From: an uncultured Bacteroidales bacterium
GTDB lineage: Bacteria; Bacteroidota; Bacteroidia; Bacteroidales; UBA932
Direction: 5' to 3'
DNA: 64,000 nucleotides
Assembly (NCBI GenBank): GCA_944322715.1
Contig: CALUPT010000009.1
Location: forward strand, 56,671 to 120,670
The stretch's first letter is position 1; every line of letters starts with the position of its first letter. Shown here one piece after another: positions 56,242-64,000 of the stretch. The notes beneath the pieces were generated by a model, which saw only the letters and a list, made by a program, of their open reading frames with translations, was not told where the DNA came from and did not search any database. A program made the translations under genes and the position numbers.

Positions 56242-57243
56242 TCAGTTGAAAAGTCTTCTCTTCGCCCGCCTGTTACCGACAAGCATCTCTATCACAAGGA
56301 ATACCAATGCTATGGCGAAGAAATACATATACTGTTCATCAAATTCCTCGAAGACGACAGAGCTGAATGCCTCCTCATCCATCTTCTTGATATTGTCTAC
56401 AATCGGGTTGAGACCGAACTCGCTGTTCTCCGCCCGCACATAGATCCCTCCTCCTGCGGCCGCTATGTCACGGAGCATCTGCTCATCCAGCTTCGTCACC
56501 ACTATGTTGCCATCCTTGTCCTTGAGCAGCTCGCCATCCACCGGTATCGGCTCGCCCTGTGTAGAACCAACCCCGACAGTGAATACCCTTATGCCCATTT
56601 CGGCAGCCTGCTTTGCCGCCGCCACCGGGTCATCCTCGTGGTTCTCCCCATCGGTTATGACTATGATCGCCCGGCTCTTCTCGCTCTGCACGCTGAAACT
56701 CCTTATCGCGGTATTGATCGCATCCCCTATGGCAGTACCCTGTACAGGGACTGACTCTGTGGAGATAGAGCCGAGGAACATCTTGGCCGACACATAATCC
56801 GTAGTTATCGGGAGCTGGACAAAGGAATTGCCTGCAAAGACAATAAGTCCGATACGGTCGTCCCTCAGCCTGTCCACCAGTTTAGATATGGCCAGCTTGG
56901 CCCTCTCCAGACGGTTAGGGGAATAATCCTCCGCCAGCATAGAGTTGGACACATCAAGCGCAAGCATGATCTCGACCCCCTTGGTCTGATGCTCCTTGAG
57001 CTTGGCACCTATCTGCGGCCTTGAAAGCCCTATCGTGAAAAAGAAGAATGCAACCGCAAAGAGAGTCACTTTCACCCAGCCCTTCGATGCCGAACGGGAC
57101 GGCATTATCTCCTTCACCAGCGTCTCGTCTCCGAACCGTCTTATCCTGCGCCTCCTGAACCTCAGCATAACCGCATAGAACACAAAGAACAGCGGTATAA
57201 GCAGAAGCAGAAGAAGATATTGTGCCTGTGCAAAATTCACCAT
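56242..57243 (-). CDS. VWA domain-containing protein (BatB-like)
   Basis: N-terminal TM segments, then LALDVSNSML...DRIGLIVFAG (MIDAS DxSxS), then a C-terminal TM segment. Confidence 0.85.
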   Translation of the reverse strand: MVNFAQAQYLLLLLLIPLFFVFYAVMLRFRRRRIRRFGDETLVKEIMPSRSASKGWVKVTLFAVAFFFFTIGLSRPQIGAKLKEHQTKGVEIMLALDVSNSMLAEDYSPNRLERAKLAISKLVDRLRDDRIGLIVFAGNSFVQLPITTDYVSAKMFLGSISTESVPVQGTAIGDAINTAIRSFSVQSEKSRAIIVITDGENHEDDPVAAAKQAAEMGIRVFTVGVGSTQGEPIPVDGELLKDKDGNIVVTKLDEQMLRDIAAAGGGIYVRAENSEFGLNPIVDNIKKMDEEAFSSVVFEEFDEQYMYFFAIALVFLVIEMLVGNRRAKRRLFN

Positions 57244-57255
57244 AATTATCTCGTT

Positions 57256-58248
57256 TTAAGGCAGTCTTCTGATAACAAACAGTTTCAGCACCAGCTCCAG
57301 CAGAAGGGCGACAAGAGCCACAAACGCATAGCCCGGAAACAGTTCCTTGTACACCGGGAAGCTGTCCACTGTAATGCGGGCCTTCTCCATCTGGTTGATC
57401 TCGTTATAAATCTCCATAAGCTTGGTGTTGTCCGTCGCCCTGAAATACCGTCCTCCGGTAGAAGACGCTATTTCGGACAGCAGATCCTCATCTATCTCCA
57501 CCTGGACCTTCTGGATGTCCACTCCCCACGGGGTCATCACAGGATAAGGTGCCATCCCGTTAGCCCCGACACCGATCGTATATACCCTGATACCGTAGGT
57601 CCTGGCAATCTCGGCAGCCATCTGTGGGGTTATCTCCCCCCTGTTGTTCACGCCATCAGTCAGGAGAATGATCACGCGGCTCTTCGCATCCGAATCCTTC
57701 ATCCTCGCGACTGCAGTCGCCAGACCGTTGCCAATAGCGGTGCCATCCTCGATAAGGTCTGTGCTTATCTCCTTCATAAGGTTAATGAGGGTCGCACGGT
57801 CGGTTGTCAGAGGACACTGCGTATAGCTCTCCCCTGCAAAGACCACAATGCCCATCCTGTCATACGGACGCTGGGAGATGAACTCTATCGCGATGTCCTT
57901 GGCCGCGCTTATCCTGTCCGGAGTGAAGTCCCTTGCAAGCATACTGGTGGACACATCCATCGCCAGCATTATGTCGATTCCCTCCGTATCCACCCTGTCC
58001 ATCTGCTCCGATGACCTCGGACGCGCTATTGCGATGATGATCATCACAAGGGCGAGCGTCCTGAGCAGGAACGGGAAATGCCTGATGACATTCATCAGCC
58101 CCCTCCCGGTACGCATCCATGGGACAATGGTGGACACCCTCAAATGGGGATTTCTCTCCCTGAACTCCAGATACAGATAATGCAATACCAGCAGCGCCGG
58201 TATCACTTCCAGCCACAAAAGTCTTGGATATTCGAAAAACATGGTCAA
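57256..58248 (-). CDS. VWA domain-containing protein (BatA-like)
   Basis: LAMDVSTSMLA...DRMGIVVFAG...IILLTDGVNN. Confidence 0.85.
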   Translation of the reverse strand: MTMFFEYPRLLWLEVIPALLVLHYLYLEFRERNPHLRVSTIVPWMRTGRGLMNVIRHFPFLLRTLALVMIIIAIARPRSSEQMDRVDTEGIDIMLAMDVSTSMLARDFTPDRISAAKDIAIEFISQRPYDRMGIVVFAGESYTQCPLTTDRATLINLMKEISTDLIEDGTAIGNGLATAVARMKDSDAKSRVIILLTDGVNNRGEITPQMAAEIARTYGIRVYTIGVGANGMAPYPVMTPWGVDIQKVQVEIDEDLLSEIASSTGGRYFRATDNTKLMEIYNEINQMEKARITVDSFPVYKELFPGYAFVALVALLLELVLKLFVIRRLP

Positions 58249-59408
58249 TTCTCCTTTTTGTCTGAAGCATTGGCTGCCTGTGACTCCTCTATGGCAGCGA
58301 CCGGGGCAGATCCTTCGCTCCGCTCAGGATGACAGGAAGAAGGATCCGGAGGGCAGGAAGAAGGGTCGGCGGCAGAAGAAGGGCCGGCGGAAGAAGAAGG
58401 GCCGGTGGCGGAAGGACCGGTGGCGGAAGGACCGGTGGCGGAAGGACCGGCGTCCGGGCCAGGGCTGTCCGCATTGATCTCTGCCTGGTATGTGGCAGTG
58501 ACAAAGCGCACGGCCAGCGGTACGGCAGACGCATTCTCGGTCTCCGTAGCCACATATTTGGCAAACTTCACATAGTCGGCCCTCTCGAACAGGGACCGGA
58601 GTTCCGCAAACAGGTCTGCAGGGACATCCGTCCCCTTGAGGTCATCGAATATCTCCTTTGTGGTCATCTCCATCGCGGATATGCCGTATCGCGCCACAAT
58701 ATACTCCCTCAGGGCATCCGTCACGCCCGAATAGAAGGCCTTCTGCTTTTCCGGGGCCCAGAGCCTGTCCCCGCGGAACGCATCCAGCTTGCGAAGGGCG
58801 ACTATATGTGCGGGATCGCGGCGGGTCTCCTCATATACCTTCTTTCTCCTGAACATCAGTATCAGGCATACGGTCAGGATAACGAGCACGGCCGCAAGCT
58901 GTCCGCCGAGGACATACGGCAGGACCTCGCCGAATGTCAGAGGGTAGCGTATCTGCCCCTTGATGTCATGTATCCTGAATGATGTGGTGTCTATCTGCAC
59001 GGGAGCGACATTCATGGTCAGGGAGTCGAATGTCAGGGTATCGACCGCTCCATCTGGAGCGTGCCTTTCCACCATGACGGGAGGAAGGGCATACCGGCCC
59101 TCATCGAACGAAGTGATCACGAAGCCCGCCCTTATGTCATAGAGCCTCGGAAGCCCTTTCTTCTGTTTCTTCACATCAAGGGTGTCTATCCTCCAGTCCG
59201 AAAGGACCATTACGCCGCCCTCCCCGGGGTTCTCCTGCCGTATTTCAGGGAAAAAGAGGCGCGTACCCTCCGGAACATCCTTGATCTCCACCCCGTACAG
59301 CATCTGGTCTGCAATCACGACAGTATCCCTGCCCTCCTGCAGAGGCGTGAGGAATGAGCCCTGCATCGGCACTACCGTCAAAAATATGGACAACAAGCAA
59401 GTGTTCAT
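58245..59408 (-). CDS. membrane protein with DUF4381-like region and a repeat-derived C-terminal tail
   Basis: TM segment LAAVLVILTVCLILMF, then RKLDAFRGDRLW...FYSGVTDALREYIVARYGISAMEMTTKEI...RADYVKFAKY (DUF4381-like). Sits between DUF58 and BatA as in other Bat operons. 4-nt overlap with the batA start. Confidence 0.6.
   Translation of the reverse strand: MNTCLLSIFLTVVPMQGSFLTPLQEGRDTVVIADQMLYGVEIKDVPEGTRLFFPEIRQENPGEGGVMVLSDWRIDTLDVKKQKKGLPRLYDIRAGFVITSFDEGRYALPPVMVERHAPDGAVDTLTFDSLTMNVAPVQIDTTSFRIHDIKGQIRYPLTFGEVLPYVLGGQLAAVLVILTVCLILMFRRKKVYEETRRDPAHIVALRKLDAFRGDRLWAPEKQKAFYSGVTDALREYIVARYGISAMEMTTKEIFDDLKGTDVPADLFAELRSLFERADYVKFAKYVATETENASAVPLAVRFVTATYQAEINADSPGPDAGPSATGPSATGPSATGPSSSAGPSSAADPSSCPPDPSSCHPERSEGSAPVAAIEESQAANASDKKEN
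58307..58334 (-). repeat. REP-like element copy inside the 3' end of a coding region
   Basis: The + strand reads CAGATCCTTCGCTCCGCTCAGGATGACA, which is the reverse complement of TGTCATCCTGAGCGGAGCGAAGGATCTG. It is translated as ...CHPERSEGSA... Confidence 0.8.
58402..58446. repeat. 3 x 15-nt perfect tandem repeat (CCGGTGGCGGAAGGA)
   Basis: Read directly. Encodes GPSAT x3 on the minus strand. Flanked by degenerate GAAGAAGGGCCGG units. Confidence 0.85.
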
Positions 59409-59411
59409 CTC

Positions 59412-60302
59412 CTATCTCCTTTGAAAGAATGTCATAAGACTCCTGACATAGTCGTCATCCGTGGATATGCTGACATTGTCCACGCTGTATTTCAGCAGCA
59501 TCCGCGACGTGCTCTCCTCCATACCAGCGAACCATTTGGAATAGGCCTGCCTCATCTTTCGGGAAGATGTGTTCACCCAGGCGCACCGTCCGGTCTCCGA
59601 ATCCTTCACATGCACCATCCCGACATCAGGTATGGTGCGCTCTCTCGGATCATACACCTCGATTACAGAGAGGTCGTGCCTGTTCACGGCCACCTTCAGG
59701 GCATCCTCGTATCTCGGTGTACCATCATTGTCCACATCCAACATGTCGGACAGGAGAAATGCCGTGCACCTTTTCTTGATGGCGTTGGTCAGATAACGCA
59801 GTGCCTCGCTGATGTCCGTCCCATCGGATGACGGCTGGAACTCTATGATCTCCCGTATGATATGAAGCAGATGGCTGCGGCCTTTTTTCGGAGGTATGAA
59901 CTTCTCCACCTTCTCGCTGAAGAAAAGGGCCCCCACCTTGTCATTGTTGATAATCGCCGAGAATGAAAGGACAGCGGCTATCTCCGCAATGAGGTCGCGC
60001 TTTATCTGCCCCGAAGTTCCGAAAAGCCGGGACCGGCTGGCATCTATCAGCAGCACGACCGTCAGCTCCCTCTCCTCCTCGAAGACCTTGACGTACGGTG
60101 CACGGAGCCTTGCGGTGACATTCCAGTCCATGTTGCGGACATCATCGCCGTACTGGTACTCCCTGACCTCGCTGAATGCCATACCGCGACCCTTGAAAGC
60201 AGAATGGTATTCGCCTGCAAATATCTGATGAGAGAGTGCCCTTGTCTTGATTTCAATCTTCCTGACCTTCCTGAGAAGGTCGTTTGCACTCATACTCTCC
60301 AT
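59412..60302 (-). CDS. DUF58 domain-containing protein
   Basis: FAGEYHSAFKGRGMAFSEVREYQYGDDVRNMDWNVTAR is the DUF58 signature. Confidence 0.85.
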   Translation of the reverse strand: MESMSANDLLRKVRKIEIKTRALSHQIFAGEYHSAFKGRGMAFSEVREYQYGDDVRNMDWNVTARLRAPYVKVFEEERELTVVLLIDASRSRLFGTSGQIKRDLIAEIAAVLSFSAIINNDKVGALFFSEKVEKFIPPKKGRSHLLHIIREIIEFQPSSDGTDISEALRYLTNAIKKRCTAFLLSDMLDVDNDGTPRYEDALKVAVNRHDLSVIEVYDPRERTIPDVGMVHVKDSETGRCAWVNTSSRKMRQAYSKWFAGMEESTSRMLLKYSVDNVSISTDDDYVRSLMTFFQRR

Positions 60303-61294
60303 TATGGAACCTCTACTGCGTTGATTATCTCGGATATTATGTTCTCCGTAGTGACATTCTCCGCCTCTGCCTCGTAAGTCAGGCCGATCCTGTGGCGGAG
60401 CACCTCGTTGCAGACAGCCCTCACATCCTCAGGAATCACATACCCCCTCCTCTTGATGAACGCATACGCCTTGGATGCCATCGAGAGCGAAATGCTGGCA
60501 CGCGGGGAGGCACCGTATGAAATGAGATTTGCGAGCCTGCCGAGATTATAATCCTCCGGAGTCCTTGTGGCATACACTATATCCACGATGTACCGCTCTA
60601 TCTTCTCGTCCATATAGACATCCCTCACCACAGAACGTGCACGGACTATGTCCTCCGGCTTCATCACCGGAGATGCCTTCGGGAATTCCCCGGAATTGTT
60701 CATCCTTATGATCAGTTTCTCCTCCTCCTTCTTCGGATATGTAACGACGACCTTGAGCATGAAACGGTCCACCTGGGCCTCCGGAAGAGGATAGGTACCC
60801 TCCTGCTCTATAGGGTTCTGGGTCGCCATCACAAGGAAAGGCTCCGGCAGCCTGAATGTCTGGTCGCCTATCGTGACCTGCCTCTCCTGCATCGCCTCGA
60901 GCAAGGCCGACTGCACCTTTGCAGGGGAACGGTTGATCTCATCCGCCAGCACGAAATTGGCGAAGACAGGCCCCTTGCGGATCTGGAACTGCTCGCTCTT
61001 CTGCGAATAGATCATCGTCCCTATCACATCCGCAGGCAGGAGGTCAGGAGTGAACTGTATCCTGCTGAACTTGGCGTCCACTGCAGACGCAAGCGTATTG
61101 ATGGCCAGGGTTTTCGCCAGTCCCGGAACACCTTCGAGCAGGATATGTCCGTTGGCGAGAAGCCCTATCAGCAGATTCTCCACAAGATGCTTCTGCCCCA
61201 CGATGACCTTGTTCATCTCCATTGTGAGGATGTCCACGAAAGAACTTTCGCGCTGAATGCGGTCATTCAATTCTTTAATGTTTACGCTCTCCAT
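60302..61294 (-). CDS. MoxR family AAA+ ATPase
   Basis: GHILLEGVPGLAKT (Walker A), FANFVLADEINR (Walker B), and the C-terminal AAA_lid region. Confidence 0.9.
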   Translation of the reverse strand: MESVNIKELNDRIQRESSFVDILTMEMNKVIVGQKHLVENLLIGLLANGHILLEGVPGLAKTLAINTLASAVDAKFSRIQFTPDLLPADVIGTMIYSQKSEQFQIRKGPVFANFVLADEINRSPAKVQSALLEAMQERQVTIGDQTFRLPEPFLVMATQNPIEQEGTYPLPEAQVDRFMLKVVVTYPKKEEEKLIIRMNNSGEFPKASPVMKPEDIVRARSVVRDVYMDEKIERYIVDIVYATRTPEDYNLGRLANLISYGASPRASISLSMASKAYAFIKRRGYVIPEDVRAVCNEVLRHRIGLTYEAEAENVTTENIISEIINAVEVP

Positions 61295-61305
61295 AAAAAG
61301 TCAAG

Positions 61306-61322
61306 TATTTTTGATAATTTTG
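61306..61322 (+). promoter_or_regulatory. two adjacent TAnnTTTG boxes (TATTTTTG, TAATTTTG) upstream of truA
   Basis: Located at 61306-61313 and 61315-61322, ~60 nt from the ATG at 61381. Confidence 0.3.
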
Positions 61323-61380
61323 CACTCAAAACAACGGAAGCCGGCCCGTTCCCGAGACAACTTCCAGCAAAACAGCAGCC

Positions 61381-62163
61381 ATGCGATACATGATCCGACT
61401 CTCATACAACGGCCTGACCCTCAGCGGCTGGCAAAGGCAGAACAACGCACCTTCCGTCCAGCAGGAACTTTCTCACGCCATATCCGTACTCCTCGGAAAC
61501 GAAACCGATGTGACAGGAGCGGGCCGCACGGATGCCAGAGTCAACGCAGTCAACTACATAGCCCATTTCGACACTTCCGGACTGATACCGTTTGACGCAA
61601 CCAATCTTATATACAAAATAAATGCCATCCTGCCGAAAAACATAACTGTACACGAAATATTGCCATGTCCGGATGACTTCCATGCCAGATTTTCCGCCAT
61701 ATCCCGTGAGTATCATTACTTTATTCATCTGCGCGAAGACCCTTTCATGGAAAGTTTCTCTTACCGCTGCCGCTACCCGCTGGACATGGAAAGGATGAAC
61801 TCCGCAGCCGCACATCTGCTCGGACGGCATGACTTCAGATGTTTCGAGAAGACCGGCAGCAGCAACAGGACATCCATCTGTACCGTCCTCGAAGCCCGGT
61901 GGGAGACCTACACGCCGCCCCACGTGTCCATCCTCGGATACCCATCCGCCCCTGGAGACTGCATCTTCTTCCGGATACGGGCGGACCGCTTCCTGCGCAA
62001 CATGGTCCGGGCCATCGTCGGCTCGCTTCTTGAGGTAGGGCGCGGAAGGCGCGGGACCGACTGGACGGCTTCTCTGATTGCCTCCGGGACACGGTCTGAT
62101 GCGGGGGAATCTGTGCCCGGACACGCACTTTTCCTTAACCGCGTGGAATATGACGGAATGTAA
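61381..62163 (+). CDS. truA: tRNA pseudouridine(38-40) synthase
   Basis: MRYMIRLSYNGLTLSGWQRQ...VTGAGRTDARVNA (catalytic Asp)...FLRNMVRAIVG. Confidence 0.9.
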   Translation: MRYMIRLSYNGLTLSGWQRQNNAPSVQQELSHAISVLLGNETDVTGAGRTDARVNAVNYIAHFDTSGLIPFDATNLIYKINAILPKNITVHEILPCPDDFHARFSAISREYHYFIHLREDPFMESFSYRCRYPLDMERMNSAAAHLLGRHDFRCFEKTGSSNRTSICTVLEARWETYTPPHVSILGYPSAPGDCIFFRIRADRFLRNMVRAIVGSLLEVGRGRRGTDWTASLIASGTRSDAGESVPGHALFLNRVEYDGM

Positions 62164-62172
62164 AAATTTTCT

Positions 62173-62180
62173 TATCTTTG
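62173..62180 (+). promoter_or_regulatory. TATCTTTG -7 box upstream of exbB
   Basis: Lies 46 nt upstream of the ATG at 62226. Confidence 0.4.
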
Positions 62181-62225
62181 CGGTCTTGATTTGATTACCA
62201 TTGATTTTAATTACTGTAGACAGAA

Positions 62226-62987
62226 ATGCTTACCACTCTTTTACAATCGGGCCTTGACCAGGCTGTGGAGACAGTCCCGCAGCCGCAGGAGATGACCATG
62301 TCGCTGTTCGACCTCTTCCTGAAAGGAGGAGCCCTTATGTGGGTCCTGCTGGCCCTGTCCATCATTGCCATCTATATCCTCGGCAAGAAATGGTGGATGA
62401 TTCGCAAGGCCGGGAAGATAGACGGCAATTTCATCAGAGAGATACGCAGTCTGATGCACGACGGGAAGACGAAGTCGGCCATCAGCCTCTGCAGCAGATA
62501 CGACTCGCCTGTGGCGCGTATGGTGGAGAAAGGAATCGAAAGGGCGGGAAGGCCCCTTCCTGACATCCAGACAGCCATAGAGAACACGGCGAACATCGAG
62601 GTCGCAAGGCTCGAGAAAGGGCTGCCGACACTGGCCACGATCGCGGGAGGCGCTCCGATGATCGGATTCCTCGGGACCGTGATGGGTATGGTCCAGGCGT
62701 TCTTCAATATGGCATCCGCAGGAAACAACATAGACATAACCCTGCTTTCCGGAGGTATCTATGTGGCGATGATAACCACTGTCGGAGGTCTGATTGTCGG
62801 CATCATCGCCTATTTCGGATACAACTACCTGACTTCACAGATATCCGACCTTGTGTTCAAGATGGAGAGCACGACGATAGATTTCATGGATCTCCTGAAC
62901 TCACAGCAGGAAAGCGTCCCTGCCGGCGGGTCTGCGGGAGAAGTCAATAATGCTGCAGGCAGGACGGCCACGGCAGACAAACAATAG
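62226..62987 (+). CDS. exbB: MotA/TolQ/ExbB proton channel family protein
   Basis: Three TM segments. LATIAGGAPMIGFLGTVMGM signature. Confidence 0.85.
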   Translation: MLTTLLQSGLDQAVETVPQPQEMTMSLFDLFLKGGALMWVLLALSIIAIYILGKKWWMIRKAGKIDGNFIREIRSLMHDGKTKSAISLCSRYDSPVARMVEKGIERAGRPLPDIQTAIENTANIEVARLEKGLPTLATIAGGAPMIGFLGTVMGMVQAFFNMASAGNNIDITLLSGGIYVAMITTVGGLIVGIIAYFGYNYLTSQISDLVFKMESTTIDFMDLLNSQQESVPAGGSAGEVNNAAGRTATADKQ

Positions 62988-62991
62988 GGAA

Positions 62992-63402
62992 ATGGCTATC
63001 AAGAGAACAACTAAGGTGGAGCCGAACTTCTCGATGTCGTCCATGACAGACATCGTGTTCCTTCTGCTGATATTCTTCCTTGTCACATCGACCCTGATCA
63101 ACCCCAACGCTCTGAAGCTGCTGCTTCCAAAGAGCACCGGGCAGGTGTCGGCCAAGGCGACTGTGAGCGTGTCCATCAAAGACCAGCACGACAACACTTA
63201 CACATACCATATCAACGGTGACCTGGAGCCTGTCAGGTTCGACCAGGTGGAGGATGCCCTTGTAAGCGAACTCCAGTCCGAGGAAGACCCGACATTCGTG
63301 ATATATGCAGATGAGACCGTACCCATCAAGGAAGTGGTGCAGGTAATGAACATAGCCAAGAGGAACCATTACAAGGTGATAATGGCAACTTCACCTGAAT
63401 AG
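62992..63402 (+). CDS. exbD: biopolymer transporter ExbD/TolR
   Basis: Start at MAIKRTTKVEPNFSMSSMTDIVFLLLIFFLVTS. ...ADETVPIKEVVQVMNIAK. Confidence 0.85.
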   Translation: MAIKRTTKVEPNFSMSSMTDIVFLLLIFFLVTSTLINPNALKLLLPKSTGQVSAKATVSVSIKDQHDNTYTYHINGDLEPVRFDQVEDALVSELQSEEDPTFVIYADETVPIKEVVQVMNIAKRNHYKVIMATSPE

Positions 63403-63418
63403 CAGTCCAGGCGCAGAC

Positions 63419-64000
63419 ATGGAACCGTACCGCAGAGAACAGGAGAGACAGGAGAAGAACTCCAGGATGACCGGCATCGTTCTGACAGCCGTCGTCCATC
63501 TGTGCATCATCGCGGTCGGGTTCGCCTGCGGGCTGAAATACATCTACCCTCCGCCAGAGGAGGAATCCATTCTTCTGGATTTCAGCGAAGATGTCCCGAC
63601 CCCGGTCATCCAGGAAATGTCAGGACAGGAGCCGAGGGCCGTGGAGCCGGATCCGGACAGGGAGGTTGAACTCGTACAGAGATCCGAAGGCCAGGTGACA
63701 GGGACAGAGGCGAATGCCGCCTTGGAGGCGACGACCGGGACAGATGGAGATGTGGAAGTGCCGGAACCTCCGCGCAAGAAAGAGATAAACAGGCGTGCGC
63801 TGTTCCACGCCGCAGACAACAGGGCACAGAAAGACACGCTTGCTCCGCAGACGGCCGCAGAGGTCACTGACAAGCTGAAGGCCGGACACGCATCCGGGAC
63901 TGCAGAGAATGGCAAGGAAATTGGAGAACCGAAGGCCCGGCTGAAAGGAAGGTCTCCAGTGAACGGCTATCTTCCGAAGCCGGCCTATCCTGTCCAGAAA
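63419..64000 (+). CDS. TonB-like energy transducer, 3' end outside window
   Basis: ATG at 63419. The frame is open to the window end, so it is absent from the ORF track. N-terminal TM segment (GIVLTAVVHLCIIAVGF), then a Pro/Glu-rich spacer. Follows exbB-exbD. Confidence 0.6.
   Translation, partial: MEPYRREQERQEKNSRMTGIVLTAVVHLCIIAVGFACGLKYIYPPPEEESILLDFSEDVPTPVIQEMSGQEPRAVEPDPDREVELVQRSEGQVTGTEANAALEATTGTDGDVEVPEPPRKKEINRRALFHAADNRAQKDTLAPQTAAEVTDKLKAGHASGTAENGKEIGEPKARLKGRSPVNGYLPKPAYPVQK

Noticed and set aside
58329-58982. + strand ORF starting MTGRRIRRAGRRVGGRRRAGGRRRAGG... across the 15-nt VNTR.
   Set aside because: It is antisense to the Bat-operon gene. It is kept open only by the repeat and has no supporting motif.

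Overview
This window looks like a Bacteroidales (Bacteroidota) chromosomal segment. The evidence is a SusC/SusD pair, the MoxR-DUF58-Bat operon, type V pilus genes, and TAnnTTTG -7 promoter boxes in front of many genes. I support about 58 protein-coding genes and one tRNA.

Gene order, left to right:
- Tail of a capsule/EPS locus (Caps_synth-like, RgpF-like) and an Rpn PD-(D/E)XK nuclease gene.
- A visibly AT-rich ~7.6-kb cassette of seven sugar-modifying genes, one of them frameshifted. It runs into the 3' end of an AbiEii/AbiEi abortive-infection toxin-antitoxin pair.
- A 2-hydroxyacid dehydrogenase and tRNA-Leu(CAG).
- A tightly packed five-gene type V (Mfa/FimA-like) pilus operon led by an HExxH lipoprotein.
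- Housekeeping blocks: pheT, DUF4296, amidohydrolase, radical SAM, deoC; rpmB, rpmG, DUF4295, ftsY; thrS, infC, rpmI, rplT, lepB.
- DUF4199 + GT2, a Pit-PhoU transporter, and GH125 + GH2.
- An ECF-sigma/anti-sigma/SusC/SusD polysaccharide-utilisation locus (PUL) whose only enzymes are two phosphodiester glycosidases. Its sigma gene is frameshifted.
- trmH, glyA, the seven-gene MoxR/DUF58/BatA-E operon, truA, and exbB-exbD-tonB.

No CRISPR array, rRNA, integrase or classical IS element was seen.

Most interesting, all hypotheses rather than demonstrations:
1. The pilus operon's leading HExxH lipoprotein is a candidate dedicated pilin-maturation protease.
2. The phosphodiester-glycosidase PUL beside GH125/GH2 is a candidate phosphoglycan-utilisation system.
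3. A 9.2-kb block (sugar cassette + AbiE) is bracketed by a perfect 16-bp inverted repeat next to the Rpn nuclease gene.
4. A dispersed REP-like element (TGTCATCCTGAGCGnAGCGAAGGATCTG) forms a ~270-bp mirror array and has been absorbed into a coding 3' end.
5. Two genes are broken at 7-nt G:C homopolymers, and both need +1 nt. This is either phase variation or homopolymer miscalling.

All family assignments rest on motif recognition by eye. No database search was run.
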